Virus record (IMG/VR): IMGVR_UViG_3300049489_000151 | Coordinates: 1-53,248 of that record | Reading direction: 5' to 3' (one strand) | Length of the DNA stretch: 53,248 nt | Origin: a virus | Taxonomy: Duplodnaviria; Caudoviricetes | In this document: in pieces, positions 24,135 through 33,217 of the stretch | Position numbering within the stretch: the stretch's first letter is position 1 | How the letters are laid out: each line of letters opens with the position of its first letter | Program-made: the position numbers and the translations under genes | The notes under the pieces: model-generated | The model's database searches: none | What the model was told of the DNA's origin: nothing | Seen by the model: the letters and a program-made list of their open reading frames with translations, nothing else

Positions 24135-24523
24135 GAGCACGACCAGAAGAAGTAGCAAACTACATCGACAACATCATGAAAGCAGTGGGGTCAATGCGTC
24201 AAGGGGACGTGCTGAGCCTGGCCATGGAGGTTGCTATCCACTTAGCAACCGACGACCTTCGTCAGCACGTCCAATTGACCCCAACGACGGTCCACGAGCA
24301 GCGGCTGGACTCTCCATCGATCAAAGCCTTGGCTAAGGCTCTTCATGACGTGGGTATCGCTACCCCCGGACTGGGGAGTACCGAGACCCCGCCGTATAGT
24401 GATGAGGACGTAGAGGCCCTCCTGAATGATCTAGGCATCGGATACGACGATGGCCCCATTCCGTACACCACAGTCTTCATGGACGATGATGAAGAGCTGC
24501 ACTTCCCCATGAAGGATGACTGA
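24131..24523 (+). CDS. Hypothetical protein
   Basis: Coupled ORF. Confidence 0.7.
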   Translation: MRARPEEVANYIDNIMKAVGSMRQGDVLSLAMEVAIHLATDDLRQHVQLTPTTVHEQRLDSPSIKALAKALHDVGIATPGLGSTETPPYSDEDVEALLNDLGIGYDDGPIPYTTVFMDDDEELHFPMKDD

Positions 24524-24864
24524 TGCCCACCATGAGGAAAGAACCGAACCTGGCTGTCACTCTGGTGACAGCGGAGAGGGACTACAAGGTCCCCCCGTGT
24601 AGGAACCCAGTCAAGCCACGAGTAGATCTGCCAGAGCTATTTACTGACCAGGACCCGTCATGGAGAGCAGAAGCAGCGTGCGTTGGGAGCACACTGAACT
24701 TCCTGCCCAACTGGGCGAACACCAGCATGATCAACGCCTGTAAGAAGGTGTGTGCTACCTGTCCAGTTACAGAAGAATGTCTCCAGATGGCTCTGGAGAC
24801 GGAAGACAAGTTCTCTATATGCGGTGGTTACACCTATAAGGAACGGCTGGCTCTCAAGCGCTAA
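24523..24864 (+). CDS. whiB: WhiB-family transcription factor
   Basis: WRAEAAC...CKKVCATCPVTEECL...ICGGYTYKER. Confidence 0.9.
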   Translation: MPTMRKEPNLAVTLVTAERDYKVPPCRNPVKPRVDLPELFTDQDPSWRAEAACVGSTLNFLPNWANTSMINACKKVCATCPVTEECLQMALETEDKFSICGGYTYKERLALKR

Positions 24865-25063
24865 CCAAAGAGCCCCTGCGCCTCCACGAATGCTTAAACT
24901 CCTCAATGAGACGCAAGTCCCAGATAGGAGTGGCAGCCAAGAGGCACAGGGGCTGGGGGAAGTCTCCTCGTTTGCGTAGCGAGTAGATCTGTTGGGGCGA
25001 GCACCCCAACGCTTCGGCTACTTCGGAGGTCCCTCCGAGACAGTCAGTGGGTATCATAGTCAA
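24854..25063 (-). CDS. AlpA/excisionase-like HTH protein
   Basis: GTSEVAEALGCSPQQI...DFPQP...PIWD. Confidence 0.8.
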   Translation of the reverse strand: MTMIPTDCLGGTSEVAEALGCSPQQIYSLRKRGDFPQPLCLLAATPIWDLRLIEEFKHSWRRRGSLVSA

Positions 25064-25422
25064 GACCTGTATGTCTTTCTGAGTCGTAGGCTTACTGCTT
25101 TGAGGTCTTCCTTGACGTATTGAATGCCCAACGGTGTCCGTGTATTAGGTTCTGGAAGAACTGCCAGGTGTTCAGGGCTAAGTCCAAGCGTGGGCTCCTT
25201 GCGGATTCCCTTGTTCCGTTCACGTGGTGTCCAGCCTCCCCACATGCCGTACTCTTCGTCCCTGCCTTCCTCTGCGCACTCTTCCAAGAGGGGGCAGAGG
25301 AAGCACACGGCCTTGGCAACAGCATAGTAATCGGACTCTTTGCCATCACGCTCATCTGCAAACGGTGGGTACCAGAAGTCTGAGTGGTAGTCCTTGCAGA
25401 GTGCCTTAGCCCTGTCCATCAT
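25060..25422 (-). CDS. whiB: WhiB-family transcription factor
   Basis: ALC...AKAVCFLCPLLEEC...YGMWGGWTPRER. Confidence 0.93.
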   Translation of the reverse strand: MMDRAKALCKDYHSDFWYPPFADERDGKESDYYAVAKAVCFLCPLLEECAEEGRDEEYGMWGGWTPRERNKGIRKEPTLGLSPEHLAVLPEPNTRTPLGIQYVKEDLKAVSLRLRKTYRS

Positions 25423-26000
25423 CCAACCTTCAACTGGAAGTCACGCCAGAGGGAGTGGAACATGCCCTGGAACATGTCTAGGGCTTGGACAGGGGTAAGT
25501 GACCCACCGGGGGACGGTCGCTCAGATCGCTCCATCTTGTAAACGGCGTAGTCAGCCTCCTTGACCAGTGCCCAGTCCTCTTCCCAAGAGCTGTCCACGA
25601 ACAGGTCAAAAGCGTTCATGATGGAGATGTTGAGACTGTCTTCGAAGTCGATGACTGACTCACCACCCTCCTTGAATTGGAGAGTGTGCTTGAGGGGGCG
25701 AGTGATATCACCAATGAACGCTTCTGTAGCATCATGCAACAGACCCATAAGGACTACACGGGTGGACGCCCCCTCCTTTCGAAGCCAGTCTGCTACACGG
25801 ACGCTGTGCTCAGCTACTGAGTAGAAGTTGACGTGCCCCCCGAACCTACAGATGTTGCTCAGTGACTTACCAATGACGTCAATGTCGAACACCCACGTGG
25901 AGGGGTCGAACACGTCGAACGGGGTGTTGTCCCAGATGACGATGGAGGTGTTACCTTTGTTCTTGTCCAGTTCGATAGAGACTGCCTCAGCAGGGCTCAT
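25419..26000 (-). CDS. HD-domain phosphohydrolase (YfdR-like)
   Basis: LSNICRFGGH, YSVAEHS, LLHDATEAFIGDI. Confidence 0.9.
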   Translation of the reverse strand: MSPAEAVSIELDKNKGNTSIVIWDNTPFDVFDPSTWVFDIDVIGKSLSNICRFGGHVNFYSVAEHSVRVADWLRKEGASTRVVLMGLLHDATEAFIGDITRPLKHTLQFKEGGESVIDFEDSLNISIMNAFDLFVDSSWEEDWALVKEADYAVYKMERSERPSPGGSLTPVQALDMFQGMFHSLWRDFQLKVG

Positions 26001-26434
26001 GACTGATGACCGTTCATGAAGACATCAACACACTCAGCGCCGCAAGCTGCGTACCCAGCGGTGTCAATCCAATGGTCTTCCTTAGTCGGAGACCACGACA
26101 GCCTGCTGATCTTAAGTAGGTTCATCATGATGGCTACGTCCCAGGTGTCGATGAGGTCTTCTAGAGCCCACCTAAGAGACGGGTCTAGGTCATCGATGTT
26201 GCCCCCCATCTTACGGGATAGGACACCCATCAAGTGGGTGTTCCAGTACTTAGCGGTGCGCTTGAAGTCTTCTGTAGGGTCACCGTACGATACGTTACGG
26301 TCCCCATTGACCAAAGAGTCTGCGCTAGTCAGTACCCTCTCTCTGACGTTGTCTCTTTTAGAGACGAGCTTCTGCTCTGCTTGTGCTTCTTTCTTAACAA
26401 GTGTGCTGTAGTCGTTTGCTGCTGACATTACCAT
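25997..26434 (-). CDS. DUF6378-like protein
   Basis: DRNVSYGDP..DF...VAIMMNLLKISR...HWIDTAGYAAC. Confidence 0.85.
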   Translation of the reverse strand: MVMSAANDYSTLVKKEAQAEQKLVSKRDNVRERVLTSADSLVNGDRNVSYGDPTEDFKRTAKYWNTHLMGVLSRKMGGNIDDLDPSLRWALEDLIDTWDVAIMMNLLKISRLSWSPTKEDHWIDTAGYAACGAECVDVFMNGHQS

Positions 26435-27909
26435 TACTTCTCCTCTACTACTTCGGCATCAACAATGTCACTAGTCATAGATGACATAATCTCAGCTGCC
26501 GAGTTGCTACTGATGGGTTGCGATAGTTCACGTGCCTTTTCTCCAGCACCCTTACCAAAGATACGGGAGAGTACACCTGCACTACCTCTTGCTTCCATCT
26601 CCACACGTAGAACATCACGTGTATCGGAGATGTCTTTGAATCGTCCAATCATATTGATAAGGCGATCCATTTCCTTGGAAAGCTGAGGGTCCATGCCCTG
26701 TCCTTCCAGTTCTTCCGCAAACGCAGCGAACATGACTCTGCTGCTTTGCATCTCTAACATGGCACGAATGAGCGCCATGAGCTGATCCTTGGTCTTGAGT
26801 TCCACGGGGATCTCGTACGCACATTCTGCTCCCCCCCTCATTGCAGGGCAACGGGGGGCAAGGTAGCAATTATCACAGTTACGCAGTTTGCCACCCTTGT
26901 AGACGACATTGGTGGACCTCTTTGGGTCCACTTCTATGCCGTCATCAGGGTTTTCAGGGTGGGTGTCCCCCTTTGTGACTACCTGTTCGATACCTATAAC
27001 CGGTAGCAATCGAACCTCATCAGAATTGCGAGGCTCAGGGGTGGTGATAGCAATAGCTGCACTACTGTTTTGAGAGTTAGAGCTTCTAGCCGTATTGTCA
27101 AGGTAGTTGCTACCTTGAGCCTCTGACGGCACTTCTTGCTCGTCGTCTAGGTACGAATCTGGCGCTTGCTGAGGGTCATAGGCAGTCTCTGGTGATGTTC
27201 CGTAGTTGCTCATTTCCCATTCAAGCCAAGAGCGGATAGCCAGTTTTGACACTTCATCGATGTTGTCTTCCATGACCTCATCGTAATCAACACCCATGCG
27301 AGCAATAGCTGCTCTGTTAGAGCGTCTAGCGCTCTCTTTCTGTTGCGCTGGGTACCTTCGAAGGCCGTGCCCATCCCATATCTGGGTCTCTCCGTAGCGG
27401 ACGACAGATGTCCATGATGAGACGATAACGATGTCCCAATCCACAGCTTCGATCATGTCAGTCTTACTGGTTAGCCCTATAAGGGTGCTGCCCCAGCGCT
27501 GCTGTAGCTGCTTAATACGTGGGATAGTTGTCTTGTTTAATGCCTTGTCTGATATGGCGACACGGCCCACCTTTTCACATAAATAAGCGAGCCGTTCTAG
27601 GTCTTCTCCGTCGTTCCAGACTGGTACGTACTTCTCACCGATCCAGTCGCCGTTGTATCCGGGCATACCAATGATCAGCTCTAGGCTATCAAGATGCTCA
27701 CGAACGAACGTGTCGAACCTATCAGTGTCTTCGTCAGTCTCTGACGTGTACAAGTACAGTAGAGCATCTTGGAACTTCTCTTTGAGATCCAACTCTTTAC
27801 GCTTAGGAATGGATAGCTGCGTCAGGTTGACACCAATACGTCGTACACCGTTCGACAACAGAACTGAGCGATAAGAGCCTCGTTCTCCTCCACTCAACAC
27901 AATCCTCAT
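26434..27909 (-). CDS. Large hypothetical protein with a Cys cluster
   Basis: 491-aa ORF; CDNCYLAPRC...EC; N-terminal part weakly suggests a TGT-like barrel. Confidence 0.8.
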   Translation of the reverse strand: MRIVLSGGERGSYRSVLLSNGVRRIGVNLTQLSIPKRKELDLKEKFQDALLYLYTSETDEDTDRFDTFVREHLDSLELIIGMPGYNGDWIGEKYVPVWNDGEDLERLAYLCEKVGRVAISDKALNKTTIPRIKQLQQRWGSTLIGLTSKTDMIEAVDWDIVIVSSWTSVVRYGETQIWDGHGLRRYPAQQKESARRSNRAAIARMGVDYDEVMEDNIDEVSKLAIRSWLEWEMSNYGTSPETAYDPQQAPDSYLDDEQEVPSEAQGSNYLDNTARSSNSQNSSAAIAITTPEPRNSDEVRLLPVIGIEQVVTKGDTHPENPDDGIEVDPKRSTNVVYKGGKLRNCDNCYLAPRCPAMRGGAECAYEIPVELKTKDQLMALIRAMLEMQSSRVMFAAFAEELEGQGMDPQLSKEMDRLINMIGRFKDISDTRDVLRVEMEARGSAGVLSRIFGKGAGEKARELSQPISSNSAAEIMSSMTSDIVDAEVVEEK

Positions 27910-28394
27910 GACAGCGGCTGCTCCATCTCATTCCACGTCTTACGGTTGCGTAGCTCATCCTGGCGCTCGATCTCTGATACCAGCTCTCCCCATGGTTGGA
28001 TGTCACGGGGGGCGACCCACTCGGGGCGAATGATGTACGGATTAGCCACCATAAGCGTCGGAATGCCCTTCTCCAGCGTCCTAGCACATGTCCTTGGATC
28101 ATTGTCCACGTACCAGTTTGTGCGCCCCAGAGAGGCACTGAGCTGGTGTACACGATCAGCTTTGAGTACTGGGTCCTTGGTGTCCAAGATCTCGTACTGG
28201 AAGGCCTTGAAGCCCTCACGAATCAGCCACGTCTCAAGATGCTCAGGCTTGTCTGCCTCATCCACGATAAGGAAGAGGCGCCCCATTAGCTCACGGTGGA
28301 ACATAGTCCACAGGGCTCGCCCCTCTGGGTCTGGGATACGGTGGGCTACGGTGTCAGCCGGTCGGGCGATTACGTTGAAGTTGAAGAACATCAT
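27906..28394 (-). CDS. HAD-like fold hypothetical protein
   Basis: FNFNVIA...YVDNDP. Confidence 0.6.
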   Translation of the reverse strand: MMFFNFNVIARPADTVAHRIPDPEGRALWTMFHRELMGRLFLIVDEADKPEHLETWLIREGFKAFQYEILDTKDPVLKADRVHQLSASLGRTNWYVDNDPRTCARTLEKGIPTLMVANPYIIRPEWVAPRDIQPWGELVSEIERQDELRNRKTWNEMEQPLS

Positions 28395-28645
28395 TAGTCA
28401 GTCACCAGCTTCGCCCAGGCCCCCCTAGTGGACATATAAAGCTCCTCTGAGCAGCGCCAGCATGGCCCATGGTGGTCGTTGACCTGCATACACCACACGT
28501 CATTGTGATTACTGTTAGCGCAAGCATGGGCGTCTACGAGCACATAGCTGCCACGTAGCTCCAAAGGCTCAGTGAGCTTGACCAGCTTTCCTCTTACTAC
28601 CGATTGAAAGCTGGGGCAGACTACATCGGGCAGATCGTAGATCAC
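28394..28645 (-). CDS. Cys/His-rich hypothetical protein
   Basis: GTGA overlap; HAC...WC...HHGPCWRC. Confidence 0.5.
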   Translation of the reverse strand: MIYDLPDVVCPSFQSVVRGKLVKLTEPLELRGSYVLVDAHACANSNHNDVWCMQVNDHHGPCWRCSEELYMSTRGAWAKLVTD

Positions 28646-29109
28646 TTGTACAGCCCAGCCTCCATACGCATGACTGTAGCTACGTGTGTAGCCACCGGGC
28701 AGAAGTAGCAAAGGTATTGCTTGTCCTCCTTAGCCTTGCCGACAGTCACACCAATAGCACGGTTGTCCTGGCACCAGTCGATACAGCCCCCCTTGGGACG
28801 ACCATGAAGGTTGAAGCAGCGCATGGCGTCTTCCTTGTAGTTCTCACGGTTATCACGCAGAAAGCGCTCTAGCTCGTCGTCGTGGACAGCCTTAGCAAGC
28901 TGGTCGGGATCGATGAGGTCTAGCTCCCTGTCAGGGATATCAGCGAGGATAGAGGGGTGAAGGTTGGGGTCGCTACCGTACCTACGTAGGTGAGCGTCCA
29001 CAGCATCCTGCAGCGCGTAGTCGTACTTAGCCTCTAGATCAGCGTCCCGGTTATAGTCGGGAAGACGATCGACGGTCTTACAGCGGTTGCATATCAAAAG
29101 TCTAGCCAT
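28642..29109 (-). CDS. Cys-rich hypothetical protein
   Basis: AGGAG RBS; CNRC...YLCYFCP. Confidence 0.8.
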   Translation of the reverse strand: MARLLICNRCKTVDRLPDYNRDADLEAKYDYALQDAVDAHLRRYGSDPNLHPSILADIPDRELDLIDPDQLAKAVHDDELERFLRDNRENYKEDAMRCFNLHGRPKGGCIDWCQDNRAIGVTVGKAKEDKQYLCYFCPVATHVATVMRMEAGLYK

Positions 29110-29137
29110 ATGGTGCTCCTAGTGTGTTTGCGGGTAT

Positions 29138-29368
29138 TCAGTATGCTCGCTGGCCTGAACGCTTGACCCCGTTGAGGTTGTACACCCTGCTAGACACCTC
29201 AGGAACATAGCCGTCACCATCATAGTTACCGTGCTGTTCGTTGTTCCAGTACTGGGCGTCTGGCACCTCGGGGGCACCTCCACGATCGGGGGTGCGCTTA
29301 ATGACAATGCCGTCCGTAAGACCTTCCTTGAGGTCTACGTTCAATGAGCGTGATTCGTTAACAGCCAT
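29138..29368 (-). CDS. Hypothetical protein (MAVNESRSLN...)
   Basis: ORF with AGGA RBS. Confidence 0.65.
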   Translation of the reverse strand: MAVNESRSLNVDLKEGLTDGIVIKRTPDRGGAPEVPDAQYWNNEQHGNYDGDGYVPEVSSRVYNLNGVKRSGQRAY

Positions 29369-29421
29369 GTGTATATCCTACCATTCTAGAGGTTTGTGGG
29401 GGCGTGACGCAAGCGTCACTG

Positions 29422-30108
29422 TCAGTATTTCGACCAATCTATGCCGCTGAGGGTCTCATCCTGCTTGCCTGAGCGCCTCTGTATGCGTGTCTGAGGCCTC
29501 TGAGTGGGTTCAGCGGGGGCAGATGGCCCAGGACCCAAAGCAAGCGGCTCAGGGCGCTTGTAGGTGGCCTGAATGGGCTCTGAGCGCTGCACCCCTGCGG
29601 GACCAGCACTGAGAGCGTCCTGGGCAGAGATAGCTTCTGGCCCACGATACATGCGGGGGCGAGGTGCTGGAAGGTTGTCGTTCAATGCGGGCTGGTACCC
29701 AGCACGAGAAGGGAGAGGACCGGCGCTACCGGAAGACGGACGGCTACGGGCAGCTATCTTGTCAAACCATTCTCGACCGGTAGTCTCATGCCGTAGGAAC
29801 TCCCCAGTGGGGCCATCTGAGGCACGTAAGTGGTCAGCAGGGGAGCCCAAGCTGCTGTGGGGGTGGACGTGCTCCTCTACGATCTCCTCCACCCCACGCT
29901 CCACAGCCATGGCACCAGCAAAGCGCTGAGCTGTGCGGGAAACACCCTGTAGGAGGCCGGAAGCCTCTGGGTAGTTGTCCACAATGGGGGCGTAGCTGCG
30001 GTTAGAAGCAGTATGAAACTGGGGGGGCTGTGTGTTGTCTGGCTTGCCGTAGACCAGGCCTACCGTAGGTCCGTTTTGTGCGGGGGGTACCTTCACATAG
30101 TCTCTCAT
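29422..30108 (-). CDS. Pro-rich hypothetical protein
   Basis: Long ORF; ATGA overlap. Confidence 0.65.
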   Translation of the reverse strand: MRDYVKVPPAQNGPTVGLVYGKPDNTQPPQFHTASNRSYAPIVDNYPEASGLLQGVSRTAQRFAGAMAVERGVEEIVEEHVHPHSSLGSPADHLRASDGPTGEFLRHETTGREWFDKIAARSRPSSGSAGPLPSRAGYQPALNDNLPAPRPRMYRGPEAISAQDALSAGPAGVQRSEPIQATYKRPEPLALGPGPSAPAEPTQRPQTRIQRRSGKQDETLSGIDWSKY

Positions 30109-30437
30109 GACCACATAGCTCCCATGCTGTAACGGCTACCGGCCTGGGTGCCATCATCAGCAAGCATGCTCTTCTGAGCTGGCATGCCAGATACCCAAGA
30201 GCGGTAGCTCGGAGTCTGACGGTCAATGTTCATGACCTCTTGGATGGTCCACTCCTGCTTGGAGAAGCCCAGACGCTCTGGAAACGGGTTCTGCACACCG
30301 GCTACAGGACGCATGTTGCGGATCTCGTCATCAGTACCAGCAGTAGCCCTCATCAGGGCGTCGTCTACTAGGTACTCAGTGCGAGACTGCCAGGGCTTGG
30401 GGGCCCTTCTCGTAGGATTAGCATCTGATAGGTTCAT
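30105..30437 (-). CDS. Hypothetical protein
   Basis: AAGGA RBS; KPWQSRTEYLVD. Confidence 0.7.
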   Translation of the reverse strand: MNLSDANPTRRAPKPWQSRTEYLVDDALMRATAGTDDEIRNMRPVAGVQNPFPERLGFSKQEWTIQEVMNIDRQTPSYRSWVSGMPAQKSMLADDGTQAGSRYSMGAMWS

Positions 30438-30452
30438 ATCCTTATCAGTCTA

Positions 30453-30935
30453 TCAGTACTGGGGTCCACGATAGTAAGCCCCGGTGTTCTTGGTGAACTC
30501 TCCCATATCCTTCATAGCAGCACGTCTTACATCCGGTTCGAAGGTATCAGAGCCACGAACATCAGTGTGAACGACAGGTAGGAACTGGTCTTTCTTGTTA
30601 AGCCCAGCATCGAAGTCAGCAGCAGCTGCTCGATGGTGACCCTGGCCCATCATGAGGTCGTTGTCCCCGTGAATGAGCTGTACTGGGTTCAACACGCCCT
30701 TCTCCTGCACAGAGGAGAACACTCCTGACCCGTGTTGACCCTCTTGGCGGGGGCGCATAGAGTCAGTCAGCTTGATATCAAACACCTCTTCAACCGAGTT
30801 GAATGGTAAGTCAGCAGTAGCGGTAAGGCTGTCACGTAGCTCCTGAGCAGGCATAAACATGGGCAGCTGAACGGGCTTGCTCATATCGTCTGCAGACAGT
30901 GTGAACTGGCCCCCCTTGGGCTTTAAAGTTCCCAC
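30453..30935 (-). CDS. ParB/Srx-like domain protein (paralog 3)
   Basis: QLPMFMPAQEL...SVQEKGVLNPV...QGHHRAAAA. Confidence 0.8.
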   Translation of the reverse strand: MGTLKPKGGQFTLSADDMSKPVQLPMFMPAQELRDSLTATADLPFNSVEEVFDIKLTDSMRPRQEGQHGSGVFSSVQEKGVLNPVQLIHGDNDLMMGQGHHRAAAADFDAGLNKKDQFLPVVHTDVRGSDTFEPDVRRAAMKDMGEFTKNTGAYYRGPQY

Positions 30936-31345
30936 GTCTGCACTCCCTTGGCTGCTGCGAGCTTCTTTCTAGTCTGGTGGGACACGTTGTCGCTATGAGC
31001 GTCTGAGTGGGACACAGGAACCTCCAGGCCCAAGTCGGCTGCTGCTGCTAGCCGGTGGTGCCCATCGTGTAGGCGTAGGCCGTCGTGGCGATCCTCACTG
31101 CCCTTGAAGTCGCCGTGGCGCACCTCCAGTGGCTCTCCCTGGTAGCCACGGCTGGCCAGGGAGTCGTAGACACCGGCACCTCGGCCCCCGTTGTCCACCT
31201 TCTCCTTGGACTCAGTCAGCTTGCGGTCCCACATCTGAGGCAAGTCCTCTTGGTGGTCGGTGTCGTACGACAGACCGATACGACCCTTAAGCTCTCTAGC
31301 TGGCATCAGCATTTGGAGCTGCTCTCCCTTATCGCCCTTCATCAT
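30923..31345 (-). CDS. ParB/Srx-like domain protein (paralog 4)
   Basis: QLQMLMPAREL...YDSLASRG...DGHHRLAAA. Confidence 0.82.
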   Translation of the reverse strand: MMKGDKGEQLQMLMPARELKGRIGLSYDTDHQEDLPQMWDRKLTESKEKVDNGGRGAGVYDSLASRGYQGEPLEVRHGDFKGSEDRHDGLRLHDGHHRLAAAADLGLEVPVSHSDAHSDNVSHQTRKKLAAAKGVQTWEL

Positions 31346-32094
31346 CTGTAACCAAACCCTGCTTTGCGATTTGAATCAGATCTGGCGTCTGATAGGTCGT
31401 TGTGGTGCAGTACCGGAATGGGCTGGTCGGGGGCGATGTCTAGGGCAGCGGCGACCCGGTGGTGCCCCCCAACGACCTCTGGCTTGCCAGATGATCCGAA
31501 CTGGGAGCCCAGGTGGACTGGGAACTGCACTCCTTCTTCTCGGATAGAGTCGTAGAGCGTGCTGCTGTTCTCCTTATTGAAGTTGTATTCAGCCTGCTTG
31601 ATACCTTTGTATTCGTCACGGTCGTCGTACAAGTCGTCGTAATTGGTACCGGTGTAGTCCTCGCTCTTTGGGTAGCTAGCACGGGCTGCCAGCGAGCCGG
31701 TGTTGTTGAAGTAGTCTTTTGAGCCTGTGCTTTCATCCAATCCACGAGCGTCGTTGTACTCAGACGTGGTCATCTGGGATTCATATAGCTTGCGGTCCCA
31801 CACGTCCTGGTCTGACTCCGTACCGGAATGGTAGAAGTACGGCCTGCCCTTGTGTTCCTCGGTGTTCAGGGGCCGCATACCGCCGTCACGGTTGAATCGC
31901 CTAGGGGTGTTAGTGCCTCCCTGGGTGTTGCGGGGGCGCGCAGTGAACTCACCCCATGGGTTGTCTGTCTGGCCCCCACGGTTGTCATCCCACCTACGGT
32001 CCTCACGGTCACCGTCCAGAGGCTGGTACTGTTCGGTGATCTCCCGTGGGGTCATGAACATCTGTAGCTGCTGAGTCTTACCTGACTTAATCAC
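31342..32094 (-). CDS. ParB/Srx-like domain protein (paralog 5)
   Basis: QLQMFMTPREI...YDSIREEGVQFPV...GGHHRVAAA. Confidence 0.82.
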   Translation of the reverse strand: MIKSGKTQQLQMFMTPREITEQYQPLDGDREDRRWDDNRGGQTDNPWGEFTARPRNTQGGTNTPRRFNRDGGMRPLNTEEHKGRPYFYHSGTESDQDVWDRKLYESQMTTSEYNDARGLDESTGSKDYFNNTGSLAARASYPKSEDYTGTNYDDLYDDRDEYKGIKQAEYNFNKENSSTLYDSIREEGVQFPVHLGSQFGSSGKPEVVGGHHRVAAALDIAPDQPIPVLHHNDLSDARSDSNRKAGFGYR

Positions 32095-32594
32095 TTGTAC
32101 CTCGGTAGCAGGCTCTTGAGCATAGACTGACGCTGATAGTCAATGATCTCTTGCTGGGGGCGCTCTAGGGTGCTAGGAGTACCACGTGGGCCAGCCTTAC
32201 CGTCGTTGGTAAGGCGCACAGGCTCGGCCCCCACGGGGGCGTAGCGCTCAGTACCTGCCATCTGGCGCTCTAAGCCGGTGTTGAGATTGAACTCATCCGG
32301 CCAGAGGTAGTCGCCTGGGTTGATACGCTCGCCTTTGTGAACACCACGAGAGTAGCTACGGTGGTTCTGGCGGTGGACAGAGTCAAGCAGCTTGTCAGAC
32401 CGCCTAGTGGTAGCTGGCTCGGTGCCTAGGTAACCATCAGGGTGCTGAACGTCAGGGGACGAGCCCCAAGCAGCTAGCCTGCGGTCCTTGAGGTCTCTGA
32501 AAGCGGGAGTAGGGCCAAGAAGGTTCTGAGACTGGGCGTCGTGGACCCCAGTACCCTGCCAGTCTGTGAATGACTGCTGGTGGTTACCACTCAT
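32091..32594 (-). CDS. Conserved phage hypothetical protein
   Basis: HPDGYLGT...YSRGVHKGERI. Confidence 0.75.
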   Translation of the reverse strand: MSGNHQQSFTDWQGTGVHDAQSQNLLGPTPAFRDLKDRRLAAWGSSPDVQHPDGYLGTEPATTRRSDKLLDSVHRQNHRSYSRGVHKGERINPGDYLWPDEFNLNTGLERQMAGTERYAPVGAEPVRLTNDGKAGPRGTPSTLERPQQEIIDYQRQSMLKSLLPRYK

Positions 32595-32758
32595 GATCGG
32601 ATACTCCCAGTAGCCTCAGTAAATGCGATGAGACTTCCACCACGGCCCCCACCAAGATTAGAAACAGGGCGCACACCACTAGCAGAGCTAGCTTTATCCT
32701 GCTGCTCCTGTCGCTTGCGTTCTGCCATCCATGCTGGAGTGCGATAAACCATTGGCAT
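32591..32758 (-). CDS. 55-aa hypothetical protein
   Basis: MPMVYRTPAWMAERKRQ...; ATGA overlap with next gene. Confidence 0.5.
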   Translation of the reverse strand: MPMVYRTPAWMAERKRQEQQDKASSASGVRPVSNLGGGRGGSLIAFTEATGSIRS

Positions 32759-32761
32759 TCG

Positions 32762-32917
32762 TCAGTCCCATCCTGGTATCCACGGTCGGCGGTGCTTCTC
32801 AGTCTTAGCGTCTTCGTCAACGAACTCACGGTATCTGGAAGGTACCTTGGCAAGGAACTCATCCTCGACCAGGTCGTCAGGGTCAACGAGGGTAAATAGG
32901 TCTGGATGAAGTTCCAC
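32762..32917 (-). CDS. 51-aa acidic hypothetical protein
   Basis: GTG start; ELHPDLFTLVDPDDLVEDEF...WD. Confidence 0.5.
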   Translation of the reverse strand: MELHPDLFTLVDPDDLVEDEFLAKVPSRYREFVDEDAKTEKHRRPWIPGWD

Positions 32918-32932
32918 TCACCCATCTTACCA

Positions 32933-33217
32933 TCACTTGCGAATGACAGGCTTGAAAGACATAGCAGAAATGGTGTCCCCGCTATCCCCTTCAATGTCAT
33001 CGAATCCTGGCATGAAGAGAAGGTCGATACCACGGGGGGCGACGAACCCACGAGCGATAGCTAGAGCCTTGCACGCCTGGTTGACGGCATTGGCCCCGAT
33101 CGCACGGATCTTGGGGGCCTCACCACGGATGACCGCACGAGCGATGATGCTCCCTACGGACTGTGGATTGCTGGTTCCAGACACCTTAATCAGGTCATCG
33201 GCTAGTTCTTCGGACAT
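32933..33217 (-). CDS. spoVS: Stage V sporulation protein S family (Alba-like fold)
   Basis: IKVSGTSNPQSV...AIGANAVNQACKALAIARGFVAPRGIDL..PGF. Confidence 0.92.
   Translation of the reverse strand: MSEELADDLIKVSGTSNPQSVGSIIARAVIRGEAPKIRAIGANAVNQACKALAIARGFVAPRGIDLLFMPGFDDIEGDSGDTISAMSFKPVIRK

Noticed and set aside
30453-32094. parABS partition system
   Set aside because: No ParA, no HTH domains in the ParB-like proteins and no parS sites recognised
32584-33051. 155-aa ORF with a TM-like C-terminus
   Set aside because: Overlaps spoVS; two small ORFs in other frames fit the operon coupling better
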